Shown here: positions 13,842 through 33,000 of the stretch, one piece after another
Layout of the letters: each line of letters opens with the position of its first letter
Position numbering within the stretch: position 1 is the stretch's first letter
Source: the human T2T-CHM13v2.0 reference genome, Homo sapiens
Direction: 5' to 3'
DNA length: 64,000 bases
NCBI GenBank assembly: GCA_009914755.4
Contig: CP068257.2
Span: 6,016,001 to 6,080,000, forward strand
Notes under the pieces: model-generated
The model's input: only the letters and a program-made list of their open reading frames with translations
Told to the model about the DNA's origin: nothing
The model's database searches: none
Position numbers and translations under genes: made by a program

Positions 13842-14462
13842 TCATGAATGGCGGTGAACCCTGGGAATGCCCACCCCACCCCAGAAGGGTTCCAGGGTGT
13901 CGAGGCCTGCGGCCTGGGGGTGGTGGGGGGGGAGGGCGTGGTGATGTCGCTGGTGAGGCCAGAGACACGAAGAGGAAGGGGGTGAGGGGGAAGGGGTGAG
14001 GTGGGCGCATTTCACGGGCTGGCTCTCCGGACCTCTCCAAGAATCCCACGGGAAATGGAAGCCAATCTCTGGGCTCCCACGCGTCTTCAGCAGGGAGAAA
14101 CCGGCCTGGGAGGGTGGAGGGGAGTGTAAACCTTAACCCCCGTGGGAGTCTTGAGTGTTCCAGACCCTCTCTCCGTGAAGGAGGCAGTGCCTGTGGCAGT
14201 CGCCGTTGCCAGGACAGTCTCACACACCCAGGCGTGTGGCTCTCGTTAATTTCCATGTATGAGACCAGAGTGAGACCCCAGAGAGAAGGTGCCTCCCCAG
14301 CGTGATGACCTGACGATGGATTCCCATGTGCGGCAACATGGGGAGTCTGCAGTGTGGCCGGTTTGGAAACTGGCAAGGAGAGCAAAGGCACCATTCGGGT
14401 CTTCCACCCTTCCCTGCATGTTTCCGGGTGCCCGCAGAGCTCTGGGAGCAAACAGTCAGCAT

Positions 14463-17400
14463 GACACATCTCTGAACTGATCAACAAAGTGATGTAACTC
14501 TTGTCTAGGCTCTGCCTACAGGGGCTTTGTGACATATCTCTGCACTGATCACCCAGGTGATGAGACTTTTGTCTAGGCTCTGCCTATGGGGGCATTGTGA
14601 CATATCTCTACACTGAACACCCAGGTGATGTAACTCTTGTGTTGGATCTGCCTATGGGGTCATTGTGACATATTTCTGCACTGATCACCCAGGTGACGGG
14701 ACTCTTATCTAGGCTCTGTGTATGGGGGCTTTGTGACATCTCTGCATTGATCACCCAGGTGATGTAACGCTTGACTAGGCTCTGCCTACGGTTCATAGTC
14801 ACATATCACTGCATTGATCACCGAGGTGATGTAACTCTTGTCCATGCTCTGCCTATAGGGGTCCTTGTGACATATCTCTGCACTGATGATCTACGTGATG
14901 TAACTCTTGCTTATGCTCTGCCTGCAGGGGCATTGTGAAATATCTCTGCACTGATCACCCAGGTGATGGGACTCTTCTCTAGGCTCTGCCTAATGGGGGC
15001 ATTGTCACATATTTCTGCACTGATCACCCAGGTGATGGACTCTTGTCTTGGATTTGCCTATGGGTGCATTGTGACATATCTCTGCACTGATCACCCAGTT
15101 GATGTAACTCTGGTCTAAGCTCTGCCTAAAGGGGCATTGTGACAGATCTCTGCACTAATCACTCAGGTGATGTAACTATTGTCTGGGCTCTGTTTAAAGG
15201 GGCCTTGTCACATATCTCAGCACTGACCACCCAGGTGATGTAACTCTTGTCTAGCCTCTGCTTACAGAGGTTATTGTGACATATCTCTGCACTGGTCACT
15301 TAATTGATGTAACAATTGTGTAGGCTCTGCCTACAGAGGCATTTTGACATCTCTCTGCACTGTTAACCGAGGTGATGTAACTCTTGTCTAGGCTGTGCCC
15401 ACAGGAGTATTGAGGCATATCTCTGCACTGATCCCGAGGTGATCCAACTCTTGCCTGGTCTCTGCCTACTGGGGACATTGTGACATATCGCTGCACTGAT
15501 CTGCCAAGTGTGTAACTTTAGTCTAGCCTCTGGCTACACGGCATTGTGACAGATCTCTGCACTGCTGACCCAGGTGATATAACTCTCGTCTGGGCTCTGC
15601 CTACAGGGGGCTTTTGACATATCTCTGCACTGATCTCCCAGGTGATGTAACTCTTTTCTAGGATCTGCCTACAGGGTGCTTTGTGACATATCCCTACAAT
15701 GATCACCCAGGTGAGGTACCACTTGTCAAGGCTCTGCCTACAGGGACATTGCGATGTGTCTCTGCACTGATCACCTAGGTCATGTAACTCTTGTTTAGGC
15801 TCTGCCTACAGTGGCATTGTGACATATCTCAGCACTGATCATTCAAGTGATGTAACTATTGTCTAGGATCTGCCTAACGGGATTTTGTGACATAACTCTG
15901 CACTGATCATCCAGGTGATGGGACTTTTATCTAGGCTCTGCCTAAGGGGGCATTGTGACATATATCTGCACTGATCACACAGGTGACGGGCCCTTGTCTT
16001 AGATCTGTCTATGAGGGCATAGTGACATATCTCTGCACTGATCACTCATGTGATGTAACGGTTTTTAAGCTGCGCCTAAAGGGGAATTGTGACAGATATC
16101 TCCACTGCTCACCCAGGTTATGTAACAATTTTCTGGGATTTTTCTACAGGGGGCTTTGTGACATATCTCTGCACTGATCACCCAGGTGATGTAACTCTTG
16201 TCTAGGCTCCACCTACAGGGATTATTGTGACGTATCTCTGCTCTGATCACCCAGGTGATGTAACATTTATCTAGGCTCTCCCTACAGGGGCGTTTTGACA
16301 TAGCTGTGCACAGATCAACTAAGTTATGTAACTCTTGTTCACTCTCTGCCTACAGGGGGCATTGTGAAATATCTCTGCACTGATCACCCAGGTGATGGGA
16401 CTCTTCTCTATACTCTGCCTACGGGGGATTTGTGACATATCTCTGCACTGATCACCCAGGTAATGGAAGTCTTGTCTAGGCTCTGTCTATCTTGACATTG
16501 TATCAAATATCTGCACTGATCACCCAGGTGATGTAACTCTTTCCTAGGCTCGGTCTACAGTGATTTTTTTGACATATCACTGCACTGATCGCCTAGGTGA
16601 TGTAAGCCTTGTATGGGCTTTGCCTACAGAAGGCTTTGTGACATATCTCTGCACTGATCTCTGAGGTGATGCAACTCTTGTCTAGGCACTGCCTTCAGGG
16701 TACATTGGTACATATCTCTACACTGATCACCCAGGTGATGGACTGTTGTCTTAGATCTGCCTACATGGACATTGTGACCCATCTCTGACCTGATCAACCA
16801 AGTGATGAAACTCTTGTCTAGGCTCTGCGTACAGGGGCTTTGTGACACATCTCTACACTGATCACCCTGGGGAGGAAACTCTTGGCTACGCTCTGCCTAC
16901 AGGAGGCTTTATGCCTTATACCTGCACTGATAACCTAGGTGATGTAACACTTGTCTAGACTCTGCCTTCACCGGAATTCTCACATATCTCTGCACTGATC
17001 ACACAAGTGATGTAACTCCTATCTAGGTTCAGCCTTCAGGAGCGTTTTGACATATCTCTGCACTGATCACCCAGGTGATGTAACCCTTGTCTAAGCTCTG
17101 CCTACAGGGGCATTGTGACAGATCTCTCCACTGCTCACCCAGGTGATGTAACAACTGTCTGGGCTTTGCCTACAGGGGGCTTTGTGATATACATTTCCAC
17201 TGATCAAACAGGTGATGTAACACTTGTCAAGGTTCTGCTTACAGGGGCTTTGTGACATATCTCTGCTCTGATCAACCTAGGGAGGAAACACTTGACTGCA
17301 CTCTGCATAGAGGGGACTTTACGACTTATCACTGCGCTGATTACAAGGTGATGTAACACTTGTCTAGGCTCTGTCTACACGTTAATTTTCATATATCTCT

Positions 17401-17642
17401 ACACTGATCACCTAAGTGATGTAACCCTTGTCTAGGTTCAGCCTTTTGGGGATTTCTGACATACCTATGCACAGATCACCGAGGTGATGTAAATCATTTC
17501 CAGGCTTTTTGTACAGGGGACATTGTGATATATCTCTGCACTGATCACCGAAATGATGCAAATCTTCTCTAGGCTCCGCAGGGAGGGGGCATTGTGACAT
17601 ATTTCTGAACTGATCATCCAGGAGATGTAACTATTCTCCAGG
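14463..17642 (+). repeat. Beta-satellite array, block 2, about 3.2 kb
   Basis: 68-bp monomers. Begins with the conserved head block (atgacacatctctgaactgatcaacaaagtgatgtaactcttgtctagg…) and ends with the conserved tail. Confidence 0.95.
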
Positions 17643-20425
<2,783 letters not shown>

Positions 20426-23400
20426 CACACCTCTGAACTGATCAACAAAGTGATGTAACTCTTGTCTAGGCTCTGCCTACAGGGGCTTTGTGACATATCT
20501 CTGCACTGATCACCCAGGTGATGGAACTTTTGTCTGGGCTCTGCCTATGGGGACATTGTGACATATCTCTACACTGATCACCCAGGTGATGTAACTACTG
20601 TGTTGGATCTGCCTATGGGGACATTGTGACATATTTCTTCACTGATCACCCACGTGATGGGACCCTTGTCTAGGCTCTGTGTATGGGGGCATTGTGACAT
20701 ATCTCTGCACAGATCACCCAGGTGATGTAACGCTTTACTAGCCTCTGCCTACGGGGCATAGTGACATATCACTGCATTGATCACCGAGGTGATATAACTC
20801 TTCTCTAGAATCTGACTACAGAGTGCTTTGTGACATATCCCTGCAATGATCACCCAGGTGATATACCACTTGTCAAGGCTCTGCCTACAGGGGCATTGCG
20901 ATGTATCTCTGCACTGATCACCTAGGTCATGTAACTCTTGTCTAGGCTCTGCCTACAGTGGCATTGTGACATATCTCTGCACTGATCACCCAGGTGATGT
21001 AACTCTTTTCCAGGCTCTGAGTATAGGGGGCCTTGTGACATATCTCTGCACTGATCATCTAGGTAAAGTAACTCTTGTCTACCCTCTGCCCAAAGGGGGC
21101 ATTGTGAAATATCTCTGCACTGATCACACAGGTGAAGGGACTCTTCTCTAGGCTCTGCCTACTGGGGGCATTCTCACATATTTCTGAACTGATCACCCAG
21201 GTGACGGACTCTTGTCTTGGATTTGCCTATGGGGGCATTGTGACATATCTCCGCACTGATCACCCAGGTGTTGTAACTCTGGTCTAATCTCTGACTAAAG
21301 GGGCATTGTGACAGATCTCTGCATTGATCACTCAGGTGATGTAACTATTGTCTAGGCTGTGCTTAAAGGGGCCTTGTCACATATCTCTGCACTGATCACC
21401 CAGGTGATGTAACTGTTGCCTAGGCTCTGCTTACAGGGCGTATTTTGACATATCTCTGCACTGATCACCTAAGTGATGTAACACTTGTGTAGGCTCTTCC
21501 TACAGGGGCATTTTGACATATCTCTGCACTGTTAACCGAGGTAATGTAACTCTTGTCTAGGCTGTGCCCACTGGGGGATTGACATATATCTCTGCACTGA
21601 TCCTGAAGTGATCCAACTCTTGCCTGGTCTCTGCCCACTGGGGACATTGTGACATATCTCTGCACTGATCTCCCAGGAGCTATTGCTTTATTCTAGGCTT
21701 TGGCTACACGGCACTGTCACATATCACTGCACTGATCACCCAGATGATATAACTCTTGTCTAGGCTCTGCCAACAGGGGGCTTTTGACATATCTCTGCAC
21801 TTATCACCCAGGTGATATAACTATACTCTAGGATCTGACTACAGGGTGCTTTGTGACATATCCCTGCAATGATCACCCAGGTGATATACCACTTGTCAAG
21901 GCTCTGCCTACAAGGACATTGCGATGTATCTCTGCACTGATCACCTAGGTCATGTAACTATTGTCTAGGCTCTGCCCACACTTGAATTCTCACATATGTC
22001 TGCACTGATTACCCAGTTGATGTAACTCCTGTCTAGGTTCAGCCTACAGGAGCGTTTTGACATATCTCTGCACTGATCATCCCGGTTTTGGGGCATTTTT
22101 CTAGGCTCTGCCTAAGGGGGCATTGTGACATATCTCTGCACTGATCACCCAGGTGATGTTACTGTTGTATAAGCCCTGCCTACAGGGGAATTTTGAGAGA
22201 TATCGCCACTGATCCCCCAACTGATGTAACTATTGTCTAGGCTTTGCCTACAGGGGGCTTTGTGACATAATTTTGCACTGATCACGCAGGTGATGTAACT
22301 CATCTAAGTTCTGCCTACAGGAGCTTTGTCACATATCTCTGCACTGATCACTTTGGTTATGTAACACTTTTGTAAGCACTGCCTAAAGGGAATTTTCACA
22401 AATCTCTGCACTGATCACCTAGGTGATGTAACTCTTGTCTACCATCTGCCCAAAGGGGGCATTATGAAATATCTCTGCACTGATCACTTTGGTGATGTAA
22501 CACTTTTGTAAGCACTGCCTAAAGGGAATTTTCACAAATCTCTGCACTGATCACCTAGGTGATGTAACTCTTGTCTACTATCTGCCCAAAGGGGGCATAT
22601 GAAATATCTCTGCACTGATCACCCAGTTGATTCAACTCTAGTCTAGGATCTGCCTACAGAGGTGTTTTCACATATCCTTGAAGTGATGACAAACGTGATG
22701 TAACTCATGCCTAGACTTTACCTACAGGGGACATTGTGACATATCTCTGCACTGATCACCCAGGAGATGCAACTCTTCTCTCTGCTCTGCCTACAGGGGA
22801 CATTGTGACGTATCTTTGCACTGATAAACCAGGTGGTGTAACACTGGACGAAGCTCAGCCTAAAGGGGCATTGTGAAAAATCTCTGCACTGATCACTCAG
22901 GTGATGTAACTATTGTCTAGGCTATGCTTAAAGGGGCCTTGTCACATATCTCTGCACTGATCACCCAGGTGATGTAACTCTTGTCTAGGCTCTGCTTACA
23001 GGATGTATTGTGACATATCTCTGCAATGATCACCTAAGTGATGTAACACTTGTGTAGGCTCTGCCTACAGGGACATTTTGACATATCTCTGCAGTGTTAA
23101 CCGAGGTGATGTAACCCTTCTCTAGGTTGTGTCCACAGGGGGATTGAGGCATATCTCTGCACTGATTCCTAGGTGATCCAACACTTGCCTGGTATCTGCC
23201 TACTGGGGACATTGTGATATCTCTCTGCACTGATCTCTCAGGTGTTGTAACTTTAGTCTAGGCTCTGCCTACAGGGCATTGTGACATATCACTGCACTTA
23301 TCACCCAGGTGATATAACTCTTGGTTAGGCTCTGCCTACAGTGGCATTGTGACATATCTCTGCACTGATCATCCAGGTGATGTAACTCTTTTCTAGGATC

Positions 23401-26400
23401 TGCCTACAGGGTGCTTTGTGACATAACCCTGCAATGATCACCCAGGTGATGTACCACTTGTCAAGGCTCTGCCTACAGGGACATTGCTATGTATCTCTGC
23501 ACTGATCACCTAGGTCATGTAACTCTTGTTTAGGCTCTGCCTACAGTGGCATTGTGACATATCTCTACAATGATCATCCAAGTGATGTAACCCTTGTCTA
23601 GGATCTGCCTAAAGGGACTTTGTGACATAACTCTGCACTGATCATCCAGGTGATGGGGCTTTTGTCTAGGCTCTGCCTAAGGGGGCATTGTGACATACTT
23701 CTGCACTGATCACCCAGGTGAGGGAATCTTCTCTTGGATCTGCCTATGGGGGCATTGTGACATAAATCTGCACTGATCACCCAGGGGATGTAACTGTTGT
23801 ATAAGCTCAGCCTACAGGGGAATTGTGAAAGATCTCGCCACTGATCACCCAAGTGATGTAACTATTGTCTAGGCTTTGCCTACAGGGGGTTTTGTGACAT
23901 ACCTTTGCACTGATCACCCAGGAGATGTAACTCATCTAAGTTCTACCTACAGGAGCTTTGTGACATATCTCTGCACTGATCACTTAGGTGATGTAACACT
24001 TTTATAAGCTCTGCCTACAGGGAATTTTGACAAATCCCTGCACGGATCACCTAGGTGATGTAAATCTTGTCTACCCTCTCGCCCAAAGGGGGTATTGTGA
24101 AATACCTCTGCACTGATCACCCAGGTGATTCAACTGTTATCTAGGATCTGCCTACAGGGGGTATTGTGAAATATATCTGCACTGATCAACTAGGTGATGT
24201 AACCCTTATCTATGTGATGCCTACAGGGGCCTTTTCACATATCCCTGACCTGATGACAAAGGTGATGTAACTCTTGCCTAGGCTTTGCCAACAGGGGACA
24301 TTGTGACATATCTCTGCACTGATCACCCAGGTGATGCAACTCTTCTCTATGCTCTGCCTACAGGGGGCATTGTGACATATCTCTGCACTGATCACCCAGG
24401 TGATGTAACTCTTTTCTAGTCTCTGCCTACAGAGGGCGTTGTGACATCACTCTGCACGGATCACCCGGGTTATGTAACCCTTGTCTAGGCTCTGCCCATG
24501 GGGGCATTGTGACTTACCTCTGCACTCATCACCCAGGAGATGTGACTCTTTTCTAAGCTGTGCCTGGAGGGACATTGGGACATATCTCTGCACTGACCGG
24601 TGAGGTGATGTAAAACTTGTCTAGGCTTTGCCTACAGTGGGATTTATGACATATCTCTGCACTGATCACCCAGGTGATGTAACTCTTGTCTTAGCTCTGC
24701 TTACACGGGGTATTGTGAGATATCTCTGCACTGATCACCCAGGTGATGTAACTCTTGTCTAGGCTCTGTCTACAGGGGCATTTTAACATATCACTGCACT
24801 GATCACCGAGATGATGTAACCCTTGTATAGGCTTCGCCGACAGGGGGCATTGAGACATATCTCTGCCCTGATCACCGAGGTGATGCGACTCTTGTCTGGG
24901 ATCTGCTTCCAGGGGGCATTGTGACATATCTCTGCCCTGATCAACCAGGTGATGTAACTCTTGTCTAGGCTCTGCCTACTGGAGACATTGTGACATATCT
25001 CCGCACTTATCACCCAGGTGATATCACTTTTCTCAAGGATATGGCTACACGGACATTGTGACATGTCACTGCACTGATCTCACAGCTGATGTAACTCTTA
25101 TCTAGACTCTGGCTACATGGGGTTTGTGACACATCTCTGCACTGATCACCCATGTGTTGTAACCCTTGTCTAGGCTCTGCCAAAAAGGGGCATTGTGACA
25201 TAACTCTGCACTGATCCCCCAGGTGATGGGACTCTTGTCTAGGCTCTGCCTACATGGGCATTGTGACATATCTCTGCAGTGATCACGCAGGTTATGTAAC
25301 TCTTGTTTATATCTGCCTACTGGCGGCATTGTGACATATTTCTGCACTGATCACCCAGGTGATGGACTCTTGTCTTGGATCTGCCTATGGGCCATAGTGA
25401 CATATCTCTGCACTGATCACTCATGTGGTATAACACTTATGTAAACTGCGCCTAAATGGGAATTGTGACAGATATCTCCAGTGATCACCCAGGTGATGTA
25501 ACAATTTTCTGGGATTTGTCTCCAGGGGGCTTTGTGACATATCTTTGCACTGATCACCCAGGAGATGTAATTCTTGTCTAGGCTCGGCCTACAGGGGCCT
25601 TGTGTCATATTTCTGCACTGATCATCCAGGTGATATAACTCTTGTTTAGGCTCTGCCTACAGGGGATTTTGTCATATTTCTGCACTGATCACCCACGTGA
25701 TGTAACTCTTTTTTAGGCTCTGCCTACAGGGGCTTTGTGATATATCTCTGCACTGATCACCCAGGTGATGTAACTCTTGTCTAGGCTCCACCTACAAGGG
25801 GTATTGTGACGTATCTCTGCACTGATCACTCAGGTGATGTAACTGTTGTCTAGGCTCCACCTACAGGGTTTATTGTGACGTCTCTATGCACTGATCACTC
25901 AGGTGATGTAACGTTTATCCAGGCTCTGCCTACTGGGGCGTTTTGACATAGCTCTGCACAGATCTCCTAGGTTATGTAACTCTTGTCCACTCTCTGCCTA
26001 CAGTGGGCATTGTGAAATATCTCTGCACTGATCACCCAGGTGATGGGACTCTTCTCTATACTCTGCCTAGAGGGGGATTTGTGACATATCTGTGCACTGA
26101 TCACACAGGTGATGGAAGTCTTGTCTAGGCTCTGTCTATGGGGACATTGTGTCAAATATCTGCTCTGATCACCCATGTGATGTAACTCTTGTCTAGGCTC
26201 TGTCTACAGGGATTTTTGTGACATGTCACTGTGCTGATCACCTAGGTGATGTAAGCCTTGTATGGGCGTTGCCTACAGAAGGCTTTGTGACATATCTCTT
26301 CACTGATCTCTGAGGTCATGCAACTCTTGTCTAGGCACTGCCTACAGAGGACATTGGTACATAAACTGCACTGATCACCCAGGTGAGGACTCTTGTCTTA

Positions 26401-27290
26401 GATCTGCCTACATGGACATTGTGACACATCTCTGAACTGATCAACCAAGTGATGAAACTCTTGTCTAGTTTCTGCCTACAGGGGCTTTGTGACACATCTC
26501 TGCACTGATCACCCTGGGGAGGGAACTTTTGTCTACGCTCTGCCTACAGGAGGCTTTATGACTTATGCCTGCACTGATAACCTAGGTGATGTAACACTTG
26601 TCTAGGCTCTGACTACATGGGAATTCTCACATATCTCTGCACTGATCACCCGGGTGATGTAACTCCTGTCTAGGTTCAGCCTACAGGAGCGTTTGGACAT
26701 ATCTCTGCACTGATCACCCAGGTGATGTAACCCTTGTCTAAGCTCTGCCTACAGGGTCATTGTGACAGATCTCTCCACTGCTCACCCAGGTGATGTAACA
26801 ATTGTCCAGGCTTGCCCTACAGGGGCCTTTGTGATATACATTTGCACTGATCAAACAGGTGATGTAACCCTTGTCAAGGTTCTGCTTACAGGGGCTTTGT
26901 GACATATCTCTGCACTGAACACCCCAGGGAGGAAACACTTGTCTACACTCTGCCTATAGGAGGCTTTATGACTTATCCCTTCACTGATCCCTAGGTGATG
27001 TAACACTTGTCTAGGCTCTGTCTACACGGGAATTTTCACATACCTCTACACTGATAACCTAAGTGATGTAACCCTTGTCTAGGTTCAGCCTACTGGGGAT
27101 TTCTGACATACCTATGCACTGATCCCCGAGGTGATGTAAATCATTTCCAGGCTTTTTGTACAGGGGACATTGTGATATATCTCTGCACTGATCACCCAAA
27201 TGATGCAAATCTTCTCTAGGCTCCACAGGAAGGGGGCATTGTGACATATTTCTGAACTGATCATCCAGGAGATGTAACTATTCTCCAGGC
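20426..27290 (+). repeat. Beta-satellite array, block 3, about 6.9 kb
   Basis: 68-bp monomers; head at 20,426-21,950, tail at about 26,500-27,290. Contains a near-identical 2-monomer tandem duplication at 22,340-22,612. Confidence 0.95.
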
Positions 27291-28000
27291 TTTGACTAAA
27301 GAGCATCGGAAGGTATTGGGAGAGCCTCAGCCGGAATTTCACGGACGGACGAGGGCACAGAGGCCAGCATGCTCCCTTGTACGTCAGCCACAGTGCACAA
27401 TGAGCGCAGGTCTAGCCAGGAGCCCGGCAAAGAGAGCTAGAGGTCTGCGTTCTGCCACCAGGCGCTCCATGGTGGCAGCTGGGAGGCTGCAGGGGCACCA
27501 GAGGGCCAGGGACCGTGGCGCGGAGGTGCAGAGGAGGCGAGCCGCCAGAGGGGTGTCAGGCCCGGACGCTGAGCCGGCCCAGTGTTTCGCGAGACGGGGG
27601 TCTCCACCCAGCCCAGGGGAGGACGCATTTTCCCGGGTTGGTGTGTGGGGATGGGGAGAGTGTGGTCCGGCCGGGTGGGATGGTGGAATGGCATGAGAGC
27701 TCTGCCTGGGCTGCTCCCACAGCCCAGGCGGCTGCCCGCAAACCCACGCATGTGCAGTAGGCAGCCCACCTGCTGGTACCTGGGCCGGCTTTTGATCCCC
27801 GGGATGCCGAGGAAAGAATGGCAGTTCTCCACTGGGTGGAGCGTCTCACCAGGCCTAGACCTAGAAGGCTGGAATCCCATGCCGGTCAGCTCGGTGGAGG
27901 GGTCGAGGGGAAGACGTGCCCCTCCATAGCCAGCCAGGTGTTCCCCGCGAAAGGGAGGCCACCGCCCTGCTCTGACCCGACCCCTTCCCAACCCAGTGAC

Positions 28001-29305
<1,305 letters not shown>

Positions 29306-29401
29306 TCAGAGAGAGTCCGGTAGGCTCCCGTGCACCTCAGCTGGACTGTGCACTGCGGCAAGTGCAGCCAGGAGACCAGCCGGGACAACAAGCCAGCAGT
29401 T

Positions 29402-29410
29402 CTTATAAAG
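29402..29410 (-). promoter_or_regulatory. TATAA-type box upstream of the DUX4-like ATG, unit 3
   Basis: Plus strand tcttataaaggtctgcagg at the homologous position. Confidence 0.3.
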
Positions 29411-30063
29411 GTCTGCAGGCAGGCAGGCTCCACCCCCTGATGAATGGCGGTGAGTCCTGGGACAGACCGCCCCACCCCGGAAGGGTCCCAGGGCGTCCAG
29501 GCCTGTGGCCGGGAGGTGGTGGGGTTGGGGGGAGGGCGTGGTGATGGTGTTGGTGGGGCCGGAGAGACGAAGAGGAAGGGGGCGAGGGGAAAGGGGTGAG
29601 GGGGGAGAGTTTCAGGGGCTGGCTCTCCGGACCACTCCAGGAATCCCGCGGGAACTGGAAGCCACTCTCTGGGCTCCCACATGTCTTCAGCAGGGAGAAA
29701 CCGGCCTGGGAGGGTGGAGGGGAGTGTGGAACTGAACCTCCGTGGGAGTCTTGAGTGTTCCAGGCCCTGTCTCCATGAAGTAGTCAGTGCCTGTGTGTGT
29801 CGCCTTTGCCGGGACAGTCTCACAGGCGCAGGCCTGTGACTCTCGTTCATTTCCACGTAGGAGACCAGAGCGAGACCCCAGAGAGAAGACGCCTCCCCGG
29901 CGTGATGGCCTGACGATGGATTCCCGTGCGTGGCATCATGGGGAGTCTGCAGTGTGGCCGGGTTGGAAACTGGCAAGGAGAGCGAAGTCACCATGTCGGT
30001 CTTCTATCCTTCCCTGCATGTTTCCGGGTGCCCGCAGAGCTCCGGGAGCAAACAGTCAGCATG

Positions 30064-33000
30064 ACACATCTCTGAACTGATCAACAAAGTGATGTAACCC
30101 TTGTCTAGGCTCTGCTACAGGGGCTTTGTGATATATCTCTGCACTGATCACCCAGGTGATGGGACTTTTGTCTAGGCTCTGCCTATGGGGGCATTGTGAC
30201 ATATCTCTACACTGATCACCCAGGTGATGTAACTCTTGTGTTGGATCTGCCTATGGGGACATTGTGACATATTTCTGCACTGATCACCCAGGTGATGGGA
30301 CTCTTGTCTATGCTCTGTGTATGGGGGCTTTGTGACATATCTCTGCACTGATCACCCAGGTTATGTAACGCTTGACTAGGCTCTGCCTATGGGGCATAGT
30401 GACATATCACTGCATTGATCACGAAGGTGATGAAACTCTTGTCCAAGCTCTGCCTATAGGGGGCCTTGTGACATATCTCTGCACTGATCATCTAGGTGAT
30501 GTAACGCTTGCTTACGCTCTGCCTGCAGGGGCATTGTGAAATATCTCTGCACTGATCACCCAGGTGATGGGACTCTTCTCTAGGCTCTGCCTACTGGGGG
30601 CATAGTCACATATTTCTGCACTGATCACCCAGGTGACCGACTCTTGTCTTGGATTTGCCTATGGGGGCATTGTGAAATATCTCTGCACTGATAACCCAGG
30701 AGATGTAACCCTGGTCTAAGCTCTGCCTAAAGGGGCATTGTGAAAGATGTCTGCACTGATCACTCAGGTGATGTAAGTATTGTCTAGGTTCTGCTTAAAG
30801 GGGCCTTGTCACATATCTCTGCAGTGATCACCCAGGTGGTGAAACTCTTGTCTAGGCTCTGCTAACAGGGGCTATTGTGACATATCTCTGCACTGATCAC
30901 CTGAGTGATGTAACACTTGTGTAGGCTCTGCCTACAGGGGCATTTTGACATATCTCGGCACTGTTAACCAAGGTGATGTAACTCTTGTCTAGGCTGTGGC
31001 CACAGGGGGATTGAGACATATCTCTGCACTGATCCCTAGGTGATCCAACTCTTGCCTGGTCTATGCCTACTGCGGACATTGTGACATATCTCTGCACTGA
31101 TCTCCCAGGTGCTGTAACTTTAGTCTAGGCTCTGGCTACACGGCATTGTGACATATCACTGCACTGAGCACCCAGGTGATATAACTCTTTTCTAGGCTCT
31201 GCCTACAGGAGGCTTATGACATATCTCTGCACTGATCATCCAGGTGATATAACTCTTCTCTAGCATCTGCCTACAGGGTGCTTTGTCACATATCCCTGCA
31301 ATGATCACCCTGGGGATATACCAATTGTCCAGGCTCTGCCTACAGGGGCATTGCGATGTATCTCTGCACTGATCACCTAGGTCATGTAACTCTTGTTTAG
31401 GCTCTGCCTACAGTGGCATTGTGACATATCTCTGGACTGATCACCCAGGTGATGTAACTCTTTTCTAGGATCTGCCTACAGTTGGCTTTGTGACATATCC
31501 CTGCAATGATCACCCAGGTGATGTACCACTTGTCAAGGCTCTGCCTACAGGGACATTGCGATGTATCTCTGCACTGATCACCTAGGTCATGTAACCCTTG
31601 TCTAGGCTCTGCCTGCAGTGGCATTGTGACATATCTCTGCACTGATCATCCAAGTGATGTAACACTTGTCTAGGATCTGCCTAAAGTGACTTTGTGACAT
31701 AATGCTGTACTGATCATCCAGGTGATGGGGCTTTTGTCTAGGCTCTGCTTAAGGGGGCATTGTGACATATTTCTGCACTGATCACCCAGGTGATGCAACA
31801 CTTTTCTAGTCTCTGCCTACAGAGGGCTTTGTGACATTACTCTGCATGAACACCCAGGTGATGGGACATTTGTATACGCTCCGCCTATGGGGGCATTGTG
31901 ACATATCTCTACACGGATCACCCAGGTGATGTAACTCTTGTGTTGGATCTGCCTATGGGGGCATTGTGACATATTTCTGCACTGATCACCCAGGTGAAGG
32001 GAATCTTGTGTATGCTCTGTGTATGGGGGCTTTGTGACATATCTCTGCACTGATCACCCAGGTGGTGTAACGCTTGACTAGGCTCTGCCTACGGGGCATA
32101 GTGACATATAACTGCATTGGTCACCGAGGTGATGTAACTCTTGTCCAGGCTCTGCCTATTGGGGGGCTTGTGACATATCTCTGCACTGATCATCCAGGTT
32201 ATGCAACTGTTGCTTACGCTCTGCATGCAGGGGCATTGTGACGTATCTCTGTACTGATCACCCAGGTGATGGGACTCTTCTCTAGGCTCTGCCTACTGGG
32301 AGCATTGTCACATATTTCTGCACTCATCACCCAGGTGACGGATTCTTGTCTTGGATTTCCCTTTAGGGGCGTTGTGACATATCTCTGCACTGATCACCCA
32401 GGTGATGTAACTCTGGTCTAAGCTCTGCCTAAAGAGACATTGTGACAGATCTCTCCACTGATCAATCAGGTGATGTAACTATTGTCTATGCTCTGCTTAA
32501 AGGTGCCTTGTCACATATCTCTGCACTGATCACACAGGTGATGTAACTATTCCGTAGGCTCTGCTTACAGGGGGTGTTTTGACATATCTCTGCACTGATC
32601 ACCTAAGTGATGTAACACATGTGTAGGCTCTGCCTACAGGGACATTGCAATGTATCTCTGCATTGATCACCTGGGTCATGTAACTCTTATCTAGGCTCTT
32701 CCTACAGGGGCATTGTGATAAATCTCTGCAGTGATCACGCAGGTGATGTAACTCTTGTCTATATCTGCCTACTGGCGGCATTGTGGCATATTTCTGCACT
32801 GATCACCCAGGTGATGGACTCTTGTCTTTGATCTGCCTATGGGGTCATAGTGACACATCTCTGCTCTGATCACTCATGTGATGTAACACTCGTCTATGCT
32901 GCGCCTAAAGGGGAATTTTGACAGATATCTCCACTGATCACCCAGGTGATGTAACAAATTTCTGGGATTTGTCTACAGGGGGCTTTCTGACATATCTTTC

